Shown here: positions 1 through 23,903 of the stretch, one piece after another
How positions within the stretch are numbered: position 1 is the first letter of the stretch
Layout: each line of letters opens with the position of its first letter
NCBI GenBank assembly: GCA_964035545.1
Contig: OZ037767.1
Location: 8,380,581-8,444,580 of the forward strand
Length of the DNA stretch: 64,000 nt
Direction: 5' to 3'
Source of the DNA: Bugula neritina
Lineage: Eukaryota > Animalia > Bryozoa
The notes under the pieces: generated by a model
What the model was told of the DNA's origin: nothing
Seen by the model: only the letters and a program-made list of their open reading frames with translations
Database searches by the model: none
Made by a program: the position numbers and the translations under genes

Positions 1-1218
1 ATGGAATCCCTCACCAGCTGCAATCAGACAATAGACCACAGTTCACCTCGGCCAACTTTGCTCGATTTAGCACTGAATGGGGTTTCAGCCATACAACCTC
101 ATCTCCAGGACATCAGCAGTCGAATGGGAAGGCAGAAGCAGCAGTTAAAATAATCAAAAGGCTGATGAAGAGAGCAGAAGACCCATATTTGGCTCTGCTA
201 GAATATCGAAATACCCCGACTGCAGGGATGAACTCATCACCAGCTCAGAGGATGTTTGGGCATTCCACAAGGTCTATTCTTCCTACAGGTGACATGCCAA
301 AGAACACTGTCTTACAGCAAAAAGCTAACAAGAGAAAAGTGGTACAGAGCAGATACAATAAATCAGCTAAGGATTTGACAAAGTTGGCTATCGGCTCGCC
401 AGTGCTGCTGAGAGATTTTGTGTCACAAAAGACTAGATGGCAGCAGGGCAGAGTGGTTGAACAGCTGTCGGACCGATCATAACTTGTCTCAAACAAAGAC
501 ACAGACATGGCTGTGAGGCGAAACAGGGCCGATTTGCGCCCTCTGAGTGATGTGGAAGCTAGTCAGCCATTGACTACAGTTGAAATACCAACAGACGCCA
601 ATGACCCAGTATCCATTCATTCTGTTCCAGACGCACAGATTCAATCAGCCGCAACAGCAATTCCTACAAAAGTGAATACAAACCCTGATCCAGCCCCAGT
701 TAGATGGCAACGGTCAAGACAAACAAAAACCCCAGCTAAATATGAACAATATGAACTATACTAGATAATTATACCTAATCTGACCGAAGGCAATCAGACA
801 ATAAACTCTTGAAAGAAAAAAAAACAGATTTAAATAGCCCAAACCCAGAAAATAATATAATGTACTTTAAATTAACAAGGGAGACAATCTTGTAATAATA
901 TGCTAATTTGCTATAGACTATTAATAACAAAATCGTATTACTTGTTCATGTATCAATTCTTAATTTTTTGTTTAGTTTTTTTTCGTTTGTTTGTTCAACA
1001 TTGTCAAAGATTTGTAAAGGGGATGTTGATGATATGCTGAATAAGCTTTGTCTTTGTTTGTAAAGGTTTATACTTTATACTATGTTATTCGTGTTGTTAA
1101 TAATAGTCAGTTCATGCTTTTAGATCTATCCAGAGTGGACCTTTAATATCTTGAGCAATAAACTATCTTAAACTCTTTGACCGGTCTCTGAATCTATAAA
1201 GCAAACATAGCATAAACA
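1..1218 (+). mobile_element. 3' end of a Ty3/Gypsy LTR retrotransposon (integrase, PPT, 3' LTR), cut off by the window edge
   Basis: Frame 3 from nt 3 reads GIPHQLQSDNRPQFTSANFARFSTEWGFSHTTSSPGHQQSNGKAEAAVK (integrase core). Purine tract AAAGGGGA at ~1016-1023 is followed by TGTTG at 1024; AATAAA at ~1157. LTR right end is uncertain (~1207-1218). Confidence 0.85.
3..764 (+). pseudogene. Gypsy integrase C-terminal part with a premature stop
   Basis: ORFs 165-482 and 507-764 are in one frame. TAA at 480-482 replaces the Tyr of the usual RSY.V...RRNR motif. Confidence 0.8.
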
Positions 1219-1983
1219 ACTATTGCTCACAAGTATACTTTTAAGGGTACTGAGTGAAAATAAAAAAGCATCTCATAGTCGAATATTGTATCAGTATACT
1301 AAATCTGATTCACACAATTTTTATCTTCAGATATAAAACTTCTCTACTACTTTGTTCAGATCAGGATGGGCTGTCACAATATTATTAATACAACAACACA
1401 TTTCTTCTTACTCATTTATAAACCAATGCTCTGCATTACTAAATAGCATTGCAAGCCGCATTCTTTTTCAGGGTAGGCTTGCTGCTGTTGTCTTTAATTA
1501 ACCACTTTCTTGTTAGAGCTTTACAGCTAGCAAGCTGACTGACAAGCCGTTGTTGTATATTCATATATATTGTTGTAGTTTTGTGCGCTGTTAAGTGGGA
1601 GTTTATTGTATACGCGAATTACTACTGCATATCTAACTACAAGGTTATGTAAAGAACGAAGATATGGTTGACGTTTTATCAATAACTGTATTAAAAGTCT
1701 AATTACATACAATTAGGATCATAAAAAGGTTATTTTTATTCATCTACAGTTATCCTCTGACTGAGGCTGGGCCGTACCTAGGCAGTTGGTACTGGGGGGT
1801 ATACTTCCACAGCCATTACAATATTACTACTATGCGCTTGATCTTTCTTAAATTTTACAAATACAATATCATTATCTTGAAAATGTAATATGGGGCACAT
1901 ACCACCTAAGAATCACTATGCAAAAGTGTGGAGATTATTGTAACTTATTATACCTTCATCTAAATACTCACTAGTAAACGTAG

Positions 1984-2367
1984 TGTGATAAAACTATGGG
2001 TTTGAATGTAGCTAGTTGCCTTGCATGCTTGTTGTGCAGAATAAGTCGTGAAATTGGGTGTAATAGATGATGACTTTATTAGGTAGATAAGTAAGATAGG
2101 TCTTCATCCAGCGAGCTCCAGTAGTAGACTGGACTATACTGGAACTCGCTGGCTTTTATATACATGCTGGACAAAGACATTCCTTTGTTGCTGAGATCGG
2201 AGACCCGAAATGCCGAATATCGGCACTTCGGGAATCCGAAATGCCGAATTGGCATCTCGGCACTTCGGTAGTCCGATATGCCGATTCTCGGTATATCGGT
2301 GTTTCGGAGGACCGAAGTGTCGATCTCGGCAACCAAGGACACACGCACACAACATAAATCTACCACA
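1984..2367 (-). repeat. 3' LTR of Gypsy element 1
   Basis: Direct repeat of 8902-9285; TATA-like TATATAAAA and AATAAA on the minus strand. Confidence 0.97.
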
Positions 2368-2716
2368 CACACCCCCCATCAGAAAGCATGCTTTCCGATA
2401 AAAAGGCGTACACGCGTAGAAAAAAACAACACACACACAAAAAAAACAACATCAACACACACAATGCAAACACACATAACATGACAATATAACACACACA
2501 AAAAAAACAATTATGGTAGCCATGCAGCGATAAATGCAGAAAGGGGAAAAAAAGAATTTTGTGCACACATGAATTAGGAAAACAGAAACAATGAACATGT
2601 ACATAATACTACGTGAAAGAATTTTACACACACATGAATTAGAGAAAAAAAAACAGAACACGAACATATACACAATATTACATGCACCCGCCACCATTGT
2701 CAGGTGGTTGTGGTGC

Positions 2717-4149
2717 TCATCGGTGGTCCCCAGTCTGGCTCCGCTCCAGGCGGCTCACGCGTCTCCTTAGCTGCCCCAACTCTTTTTTGTATCTGCGGAG
2801 TCGCCTGCGTAGGTGTCGCACCTCCTCCTCCAGTTGAGCCGCTGTCTGGTGTCTGGGGCGGTCAGTGACACTGTGGCTGGTCCGTCGCCTCTGCTTCTCG
2901 CTCGCCGCCGAGGGCCGGAGGCCCAGGTCCGAGGAATCGGCCCTGGCGCCTGATCCGACCCGTGCCAGCACGACACGAAGTGGTTGGGTGGCTGCCGGTC
3001 GGGGTGTCGCGGCGGGCTCCCCTCTTCTTCTCGAACAGGCCAACACGCCGGGAATCCCAGGGCGAGAGCAGCCCGTTAATGGGGATCAGCCACATGTGGC
3101 AATACCAGGTCCCGAAATTCGGGAAAGGAAGCCTGGTCTACAGCAAACGTGTAGCCCGTGTGGCAGTGAGATTTGCGCTAGTGCCTCAGCACATAGTCCC
3201 GCTGGTAAGAAAACTCACCACACGGGCAAAACACATTGATGTAGTGCTGAGAGGCGTCCACTCGCAAACGCCGTGCAGAGGAGAACTTCCTCTGGCACAG
3301 GTGGCAGATGCGGTTGCCCGGCTCACCGCAAGCCTCACCAATCTTAAGATTGGTAGCTCCAGATATCCAATACTGGCGGGCGACCAGGGCTCGAGGCAGG
3401 GCCAGTATTGGGGAGTCGTCTTCTTCTGCTGTGGGGTGGTCGCCGTGTAGGATGCCCTGCTCCTCCCCGGCTGTGAGCTGGAGCTCAACCGGTTTGGGGT
3501 CAGGGCCACTAACGCTGACGGAACACACCTCGGTAAAGGGAGTGGCGTCCTGCTGGCTGTGGGGAGCCGAAACAGGGGCCGGTGGGGGAGGGGAGTCGGA
3601 TCAACTAGCCTCCTCAGTATCCATATGCTCCTCTGTAACAGATAGTAGAGGCTGTGATAAGCCGGTCTCACTATCGCCGAAATTCGACATATGTTTATAT
3701 GGAGCCAAGTTATAAACTGGGGGTCGAGGAGAGTCGCAGAGAGTGACTGAGCCCACGTCATGATCCAACAAAATATCGAGGGCAGAGTCATCTCCGGGAT
3801 CCATCTCGGCCTCCGGCTTTAAGAAATCAGACCCGAGTGAGTCTAATATTGACCAATCTATATTAGTTTGGCTAGACTCCGTATTTGGAGGACCTAGCCT
3901 AAAAGAAGTACCTGTTTGAGTATCTGGCAAGGTAATCCCCATAGCTGATGATAGTGTCTGAATAACAGTATTTAAATTAACTTTAGGGACATCAGGGTTA
4001 GAATTCAATTCAAGCTGTAGCTTACGTGCCAACTGCGTGAAATCAGAAGTGGAAATGGCCAAACCTCATGCTTCAGGATTATTACCTGCCAAAGCCCGAG
4101 TCGCGTGACCCGTGGGAATTTCCACCGTATTTCGAAAAGACAACTCGTG
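2717..4149 (-). pseudogene. Degraded accessory ORF or integrase extension: acidic region, two C2H2 zinc fingers, leucine zipper
   Basis: ORFs 3601-4062 and 3178-3528 continue the pol frame through stops at 4150, 4066, 3601, 3178 and 3076; one frameshift leads into 2717-3046. Motifs C-x2-C-x12-(D)-x3-H and C-x-C-x12-H-x4-H; heptad L-L-Y-L-L. Confidence 0.7.
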
Positions 4150-7100
4150 CTATCGCGTGTCTTCCGAAATTCGGTCTGCCATTTCTTCTTCTTGGTGGAA
4201 TTCTCCGAGGTGATGGAGGGAATTTCCAACCAAGATGGGGTGGTCATTAGTACTGGGTGGGTTACCATCATGAGGGGGCAATTTTAGATGCCCTACAGCA
4301 TAATCTGCTAGGTATCTGGGGGGTCTTCGGGACCGTTGGCTCCTCTCAATTGGAGCAGGCCTTGAGGGTGCTAGTGGTTTGTCGGCTGCCATAGTAGGGG
4401 GGTCCCCGCCTTCACCCAGCACGTGGGTGGGGGTGTCCTCCCCCAGAGAAGGTGGTGGTGGCCCTAGGGCCTGTTGTTGCTCTCGCTCTCGCTCCTCCCT
4501 TTGCTGTTGTTCTAGCTGCTCCAGTAAGGCGGCCTGCTCCTGCTCCGCCTCCCTTGGGACGACAATTTCCACCTCTCGAGGCTGGGTGGCTCGTCCTCGA
4601 CAGTTGGGCTGGCGGTTGGGCTCCAGGAGGGGTGGAGCCTGACCCACCGCGTCTGGGCTGGCATGGTAAGGCTTCAGGCGTTGCTCGCTCTGGACTGAGA
4701 TCTGCCCAGAACGCTCCACACGGTACGTGTGATTGGGCAGCACCTCCACCACGCAGTAGGGGCCGACGAACTTGGGCTGGAGTTTAGCCGACTGTCCGCG
4801 TCGCCCGCAATAGCTTACCATCCAGACCCAGTCTCCCACCTGGTACAATGGTGGCTCTTCTGAGTCTTCCGTGCAGGTCTGCCACTGCTGGGAACGCAGT
4901 GCATCATGAGCTTTGCCCATGATTTCTATCAGACCTCCCACGTATTCATGTACCGGTGACTCGGGGGCGGGAACATGGTATGTCAGGTGTTCCGGAACCC
5001 GCGTCAGCATCAGAAAGGTTGGGGTCTCCTGCGTGGCAGAGTGTAGTGTGCTGCGGTAAGCTTGCATGATTTGTGGCAGCACCACGTCCCATTCTTCCTG
5101 ACCCCGACCGAGGAGCAGGCTCCTCAGGGCGTCACCCAACATCCTGTTGTTTCGTTCGACGACTTCGTTCCCTTGTGGGTGATATGGGGTGGTCCGACTC
5201 TGGTTCACTCCCCATATCCGGCAGAGGTCTCCCATAAGCTGGGACTGGAACTGGGCACCCTGGTCCGTATGTATCTGCTCGGGTAAACCGAGGTAACAGA
5301 ACACATGTTTGTCCAGGGTCCGGGCCACCGTGGGGGCTGTTGCGTCTGAGATAGCCAGAGCATCCGCCCACCGGGTAAAGTGGTCCGTGAGCACCAGTAT
5401 CCAGGTGTTCCCTCTGGCGGATAACGGCATAGGCCCGACGAGGTCTACCGTCATGACTTGCCACGGTCGACCAGTGTATAGCCGTCGACCAGTGGTTTCC
5501 GTGGGGCGGCCATGCTTGCTAGCCTGGCAGACCTCGCTTTGCCATACCCGCAGTCGTACGTCCCGAGTAATTCCGGGCCAATACCAACGCAGCCGCAGAC
5601 ACCTGATGACCCGACTGACTCCAGGATGAGCCTGCTTATGGGTGTCCCAGATCAGTTCCCGCCCGAGAGCACGTGGACAGACGACGCGGTCCCTCTCTTG
5701 CTGACGGTTGTCTGCTGCTAACGTTATCATCAGGAGGCCATCAGGATTGACCTTGAGGGCATCCCAGCGGCAACAGAGGAGTTGGAACTCAGCGTCTCCC
5801 TGCCGCTGCTGTTCCTCGCTAGGTCAACGGCCCTCCTTCTTGGCCCGGAAGATGTCTGCTGGAGTCGGCACAGCTCCTTGACGTTCTGGTACAGAGTGGG
5901 TTGGCGTGGAGCGCCTGGACGTCGTCTGGGTGGGTTTCAGTCCGAAGATGGCCGTGCTCCCACCGGTAGACGGTGCCCTTCCCTAACTCTGTTTCCACGT
6001 CAAGGCAAGCGGGTCCCCCGTCCCGCTTCTCGATGTGCAGGCATTGCTTACAGTCCTCTACCAGCCAGCGGCCAATGCCGTCGGTGTTCCTATGCTTCCG
6101 GCCTGCACGGTGCTTTATCTGGTAAGAGAACTCGGCAAGAATCTCTAGCCAACGAGCTACCTGGCTCGAGGGCTCTGCACGTTTACACAGTCATATCAGT
6201 GATGCATGGTCTGTTCGCAACCGGAACGTTCTCCCATACAGATATGGCCGAAAGTGCTTGACCGCCTTAACTACTGCTAGGAGTTCCTTCCTAGTGGTAC
6301 AGTAGTTCTTCTCGGCGGCCACGAGAGTCTTGCTGTAGTAAGCCACGACCACCTCACTTCCACCCTGGACTTGTGACAGAACAGCTCCCACACTGTGGTC
6401 GCTGGCGTCAGTGTCCAGGATGTACTCTTTGGCTGGATCAGGATACGCCAGAATTGGCGCCTCCATTAGCCGTTGCTTGAGGTGGTCGAATGCCTGCTGC
6501 TCCTCCTGTGTCCACTGCCACTGGACCCCCTTTGCGGTCAGCCGATTTAACGGCTGAGCCATCCCCGCGAAACCAGGTATGTACTGCCGGTAGTAACCTA
6601 CGAGGCCCAGGAATGCTTGCAGCTCAGGGAGGTCACGGGGAACAGTCCACTCCTTCACAGCCTGTACCATCTCCAGGTCGGTAGCGACCCCGTTACGGCC
6701 CACCACATGGCCCAGGTACGTGACCTCCGGCTGCAGGAGTGCACACTTGGAGGGCTTCAGCTTTAGTCCAGCTGCCCGGAGACGGTCAAAGACCTCCCGC
6801 AGACGACTGACATGAGTCGAAAAGTCTGGGGAGATGACAATGACGTCGTCCAGATAGATGAGGAGGGTCTTCCAGTGTAATTCACTGAGGACCTGCTCCA
6901 TGAGCCGTTGGAAAGTTGCCGGGGCGAACGTTAGTCCAAATGGCAGTACTTTCCACTTCCAGAGCCCGTCGCGAGTGATGAATGCTGCTTTGTCCTGGGC
7001 GTCAGGACTGAGGGGCACTTGCCAGTACCAGCTAAGCAGATCCAATGTACTGAAGTACTTGCTACCCGCACGGGCATCCAGAGACTCATCTATCCGTGGG

Positions 7101-7971
7101 AGAGGGTAGGCGTCCTGGATGGTAACGCTGTTGAGTCTGCGGTAGTCCACGCAGAATCTCCAGCTACCATTCTTCTTCTTGACCAGGACTACTGGAGAGC
7201 TCCACGCACCGTGGGCAGGCTCAATCAGATCCCGGTCCAGAAGATCCTGTACCTGTCGGCTCACCTCCTTCTCCTTCTCCGCTCCTAGACGCCGAGTGGG
7301 CTGCCTGATGGGAGTGGTGCCGGCTGCCAGGGGTATCTCGTGGGAGATAATCGTAGTCAGCCCCATGTCTCTATCGCCACGACTGAAGACATCACTGTAC
7401 TCTGCGAGTAGTTGAGCCAGTACTTGGCGTTCAGTACTACTCGTACAGTTTTCACATGCTCCACCATACAGGTCAGCCACATGCTCCGAGACTGCTCCTC
7501 GTCTGGTGCAAGGGGGGTTTCCCTGGGTGTCGGCCACTGTTCCCAGTGCCGGACCCACATCTGCCTCCTGGATAGAGTGGTACTTCCCCACCAGCACTCC
7601 GGCCGATAATCGGACAGGTTCCGTGAAGGGGTTGATGCACTGCACGAGGAGCTCTTGCTGACAGTCTAGCCGATTCAGGCTGCTTGCTAGTCGGATCGCT
7701 CCGGCCAGGCCGGAGGATCAGGTAGGCCTTGTGGTCTCCGTGATCTCCGAGGTGCCTGCCATCCTGTTTCTTCTAGCTTCATCCGGGTTTCGAGTGGCAC
7801 GGCAGAAGGATCGGGTAGACCTTTCGGTCTCCGAGATCTCCATGGTGCCTGCCACTCGGTACCGGCAGACTCTGTGGAGGTCTCTTCTGTTACCCTCCAA
7901 GTCCTATCCCAGACTGGATTGGCGTGAGGCCCACGGGTGGCGGAAGTTACCGTGAGCCTCGGGTGTTTAAA
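4150..7971 (-). pseudogene. pol of element 1 (RT, RNase H, integrase); protease deleted, stop at 6191, small indels
   Basis: ORFs 6191-7645 (RT/RH) and 4150-5730 (IN, including GPY motif) are closely similar to pol 40704-45458. The junction at ~7703 skips about 690 bp containing LLDTGC. Confidence 0.93.
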
Positions 7972-8851
7972 GGCTTCTGTCCCCTAGGGCAGTGCCTTCT
8001 CACATGTCCTTGCATCCCGCACTCCCAACAGGTGGGCAGAGAGGGGCGGACAGGGTTGTCCCGCGATCGGGGAGCTCGCCTGTCTGTCTGGTTGCGCTGC
8101 AACTCCGTCACCGTAGCCTGCAAGCCTTTCATCATGTTCATCAACATGGTGAGCTGCGTCTGCTCGGGCGGCGGAGTGGCCGCTGCCGCCACCTGTGGGG
8201 TTGAAGGTGGGGTGCCTCTTCTTTGCCTTTGACCACCTGGCGAGCTGTGTAGTTTGCCCTCCGAGGTTCTTCCACCTGGAAGTAGGCCTTCACCATCTCC
8301 AGTGCCTCTTTGTTGCTACTGACCTTGGCGGCCAGCCAGTACCGCTGTAGATCTGGGTGGTTCGCGCTCCGGAAGAACGCGTTATAAACGAGGCGCTTCC
8401 GGTTGTCGCCAGTGGCGTGACCGAAAGCAGCCTGAGCCAGGCGCTCTACCTCGTTCGAGTGGTCTTCCAGAGGTGTCCTTCGGTCTCTCCTCATTACTTG
8501 TAGTTGGTCTGACGCTTCCTCGGCCGTCAGACCGAACCGGGTCCTGAGAGCCGGCATGATGTGGGCTTCATCGGGTCCAAGAGCGAAACTCTTGGCCCGG
8601 CCTGTCAAACAGGCCCGAAGCTGAAGGATGCGCACCCGAGCTGGCCATTCAGCGATGGTGGCCACATCCTCAAACTCTCGGATGAACTGCTCCACATTTC
8701 CTTCTCCTCCGAAATTCGGGAGCTGGAGGCGGTACCTGTCACCAGGTGGCGCCTGACCATGCCCCTGCAATCTCTGGAGGGCTGTGACCAATGCCTCTAC
8801 AGTGAGGGTTGGTGTCTCCTCTGCCTCAGGGGCTGAGTCCCCTGAAGCCAT
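7947..8851 (-). pseudogene. gag of element 1 (frameshifted near 8200)
   Basis: ORFs 8141-8851 and 7947-8192 together align with the intact gag at 45380-46303. CCHC knuckle CWECGMQGHVRRHC. Confidence 0.9.
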
Positions 8852-8881
8852 CTTGTCCTTCCTGCCAACTAGCTATTCGAA

Positions 8882-8900
8882 AATCCCACTGCTGCCACCA
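8882..8900 (-). promoter_or_regulatory. Primer binding site, tRNA-Leu type
   Basis: Minus strand TGGTGGCAGCAGTGGGATT, complementary to the eukaryotic tRNA-Leu 3' end (...AATCCCACYGCTGCCA-CCA). Confidence 0.8.
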
Positions 8901-8901
8901 A

Positions 8902-9285
8902 TGTGATAAAACTGTGGGTTTGAATGTAGCTAGTTGTCTTGCATGCTTGTTGTGCAGAATAAGTCGTGAAATTGGGTGTTATAGATGATAACTTTATTAG
9001 GTAGATAAGTAAGATAGGTCTTCATCCAGCGAGCTCCAGTAGTAGATTGAACTATACTGGAACTCGCTGGCTTTTATATACATGCTGGACAAAGACATTC
9101 CTTTGTTGCCGAGATCGGAGACTCGAAATGCCGAATATCGGCACTTCGGGAATCCGAAATGCCGAATTGGCATCTCGGCACTTCAGTAGTCCGATATGCC
9201 GATTCTCGGCATATCGGTGTTTCGGAGGACCGAAGTGTCAATCTCGGCAACCAAGGACACACGCACACAACATAAATCTACCACA
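8902..9285 (-). repeat. 5' LTR of Gypsy element 1
   Basis: Direct repeat of 1984-2367; PBS lies immediately inside. Confidence 0.97.
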
Positions 9286-9848
9286 GTAGCTTACAAGAAA
9301 GCAATAATTTTGGTACAACATCAACTTATCAACTTTAACTAAAATAAAAGATGTTTGTTGCCAGCCCATTCTCATATGACTACTACGTAGCAATATACTT
9401 ATACTAGTACAAATATTTCTTTTGCCTAATGTGGGTGACAAAACAACAAAAATGAAATGGCCACTTTATGTTAAATACAAATAGAATATAAACAACTGGT
9501 TTTAAAAGGCTTAGCTTGAGTTTTTTTGTAAATGGTATTGATCGTAGTGAGGATCTAGATTGAAACGCAGTCTATCCCAAATTGTTTCATTGATTTGGAG
9601 CATTGTCTGCAGAAATCAAAATTTAGATAAAAGGGAGGTGCTACTCATTATGATTAGGTAGTACCTAGACATATTGCAGTGGCTAAGAAAAAGCCATTGC
9701 AGATGAGCTTTGTTATATCAAAAAGTTTGGTGTGATTAAAAAAGTGGAAAAACCAACTGAATGGTGTTATCCATGTGTTTTCTTGTCTAAGAAAGATTTG
9801 CAAATAAGGGTTGATGTTCATTTTACTAGGCTTAATAAAACTGTCAAG

Positions 9849-10357
<509 letters not shown>

Positions 10358-10559
10358 AAGAAACTCTTCATGGTCATCTAGTTGATTCAGGCTGTTCGCG
10401 TGCTAGTAGCCCTCAATGTCTCTTCTAACACTACTAGCCCAAAGGTTTTTCTACAGTCCACTCTGCAGCAAACTGTAGCCTGGGAACGCCGAGGAATGGT
10501 ACAGCACCGCACCACCTGCACTCTCCTACCAAGGGCTTGGCAAACATATTAACACAAGC

Positions 10560-11650
10560 GATCTAGTGCCAGGCCATCATCATCGCAAACTTGGTAAAGT
10601 AAATGTGGCACTTGAGTCTTTTCAAGAATGGCATCCCTAGAATGGCATCTTTTTTTTAGCTGACTGACGATGAAGGTCTCGCTAAGATTAGGCATACATT
10701 CAATTGCATCTCTCCATCTGTTTTTCTTTGTCGGTATTGACTTTTCTAGTAGAACATTTAATTTGGCTATCTTGTTCTGGATCAGGCCCATTTTTTTCCT
10801 GATTCTGTCATGCCTTCCTTTGACATTTTTTTTTGCAGCTGCAATTTGGATTTTTGCTAATCTCTATTCAGTAGTCATTTACACAGCACCTGGCCGTGTG
10901 TTTTGTTTTACTCCAAGCAGCCCTCAGAGTTTGAAGATTTTGTTTACTGGGTAATTACTTGTATTCTGCAAAAGCAGCACGCTTGGATACAATAGTGGGC
11001 ATCATCTCAGTTGACTTTGCTTTGAACCAATTATGTGACTTCAAGGCCTTTCTCTCAAAAGTGGTTAGGGCTGTGTTGCACATAGAGTTTTGCAGGGTCT
11101 CTTATTTTGCTGTGGCAAGTTTGCCAAGCTGCCAGAAAAAGAACTTTTTTTAAAGTATCAGCAAACCAATCTACAAGATCAGACTGTGACATCTTGATAG
11201 TGTCAATGCAAGGATTCTCAGTTTTTTTTCTTTGGTATGATGGAGCCGCTTGGGTAAAAGCTTGATCTAGTAGCATACCAGGGAGTGGTCTGTATCACAT
11301 TCTGCGCTGTGATAGGGGCGACTATGAAAATATTATAAATGGCATTACATCTAGTAAGTTAATGCCAGTGGTTGGAAAGCAGGTGTCTTCAAGAAACCTT
11401 GTGTTGTGGTTTGATTTTCGAAGTATTAGTAACGCTCAAGTTGTAGAAAGCACGGAGTTTGAACGACCTCTGCCCATTGCTGTTTAATCGTTCAACACCA
11501 AAGTGCCATAAACATAAGAGCAATCAGTCATAACCCACACCCACCATGGCATTGAAGTCACCCAGTAGCAATAACTGTATTGTACCGAGAATTTTCGTGA
11601 TAATGGGTTCGAGGTTTTCATCGACCTCATCCTTGGCATTGCTTTGAGTG
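10560..11650 (-). mobile_element. Degenerate RTE-clade LINE fragment (endonuclease C-terminal part and linker)
   Basis: Remnants LLLLGDFNA.VG, FGVERLNSNGQR, ITNT..KPQHKVS*RH..SNHWH and TARCCVNDY, typical of RTE ORFs; many stops and frameshifts. Confidence 0.75.
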
Positions 11651-11825
11651 GTAAATATGAAATGCTAATTATTAGTTCTAACTAAACTAACAGATAACAA
11701 ATGCATTCAAATTTTTTATGCACATGCTAAAAGTTAAAAATGCACTCAATGTCTTTCAAAAGTTGCTTTACAAATTACAATTATAAAAATTGCTCATAGT
11801 TTATACTCTATACTTGTTTTATATG

Positions 11826-23903
<12,078 letters not shown>

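Larger units (their letters stand above)
1984..9285 (-). mobile_element. Decayed Ty3/Gypsy element 1 (LTR-gag-pol lacking protease-3' extension-LTR)
   Basis: 384-bp LTRs at 1984-2367 and 8902-9285 (TG...CA), about 11 mismatches by eye. 4-bp TSD GTAG at 1980-1983 and 9286-9289. PBS next to the 5' LTR, PPT next to the 3' LTR. RT YLDD, RNase H DASD and integrase motifs present. Confidence 0.97.

Noticed and set aside
2717-4149. env gene in Gypsy element 1
   Set aside because: No signal peptide or TM helix; the motifs are of nuclear-protein type.
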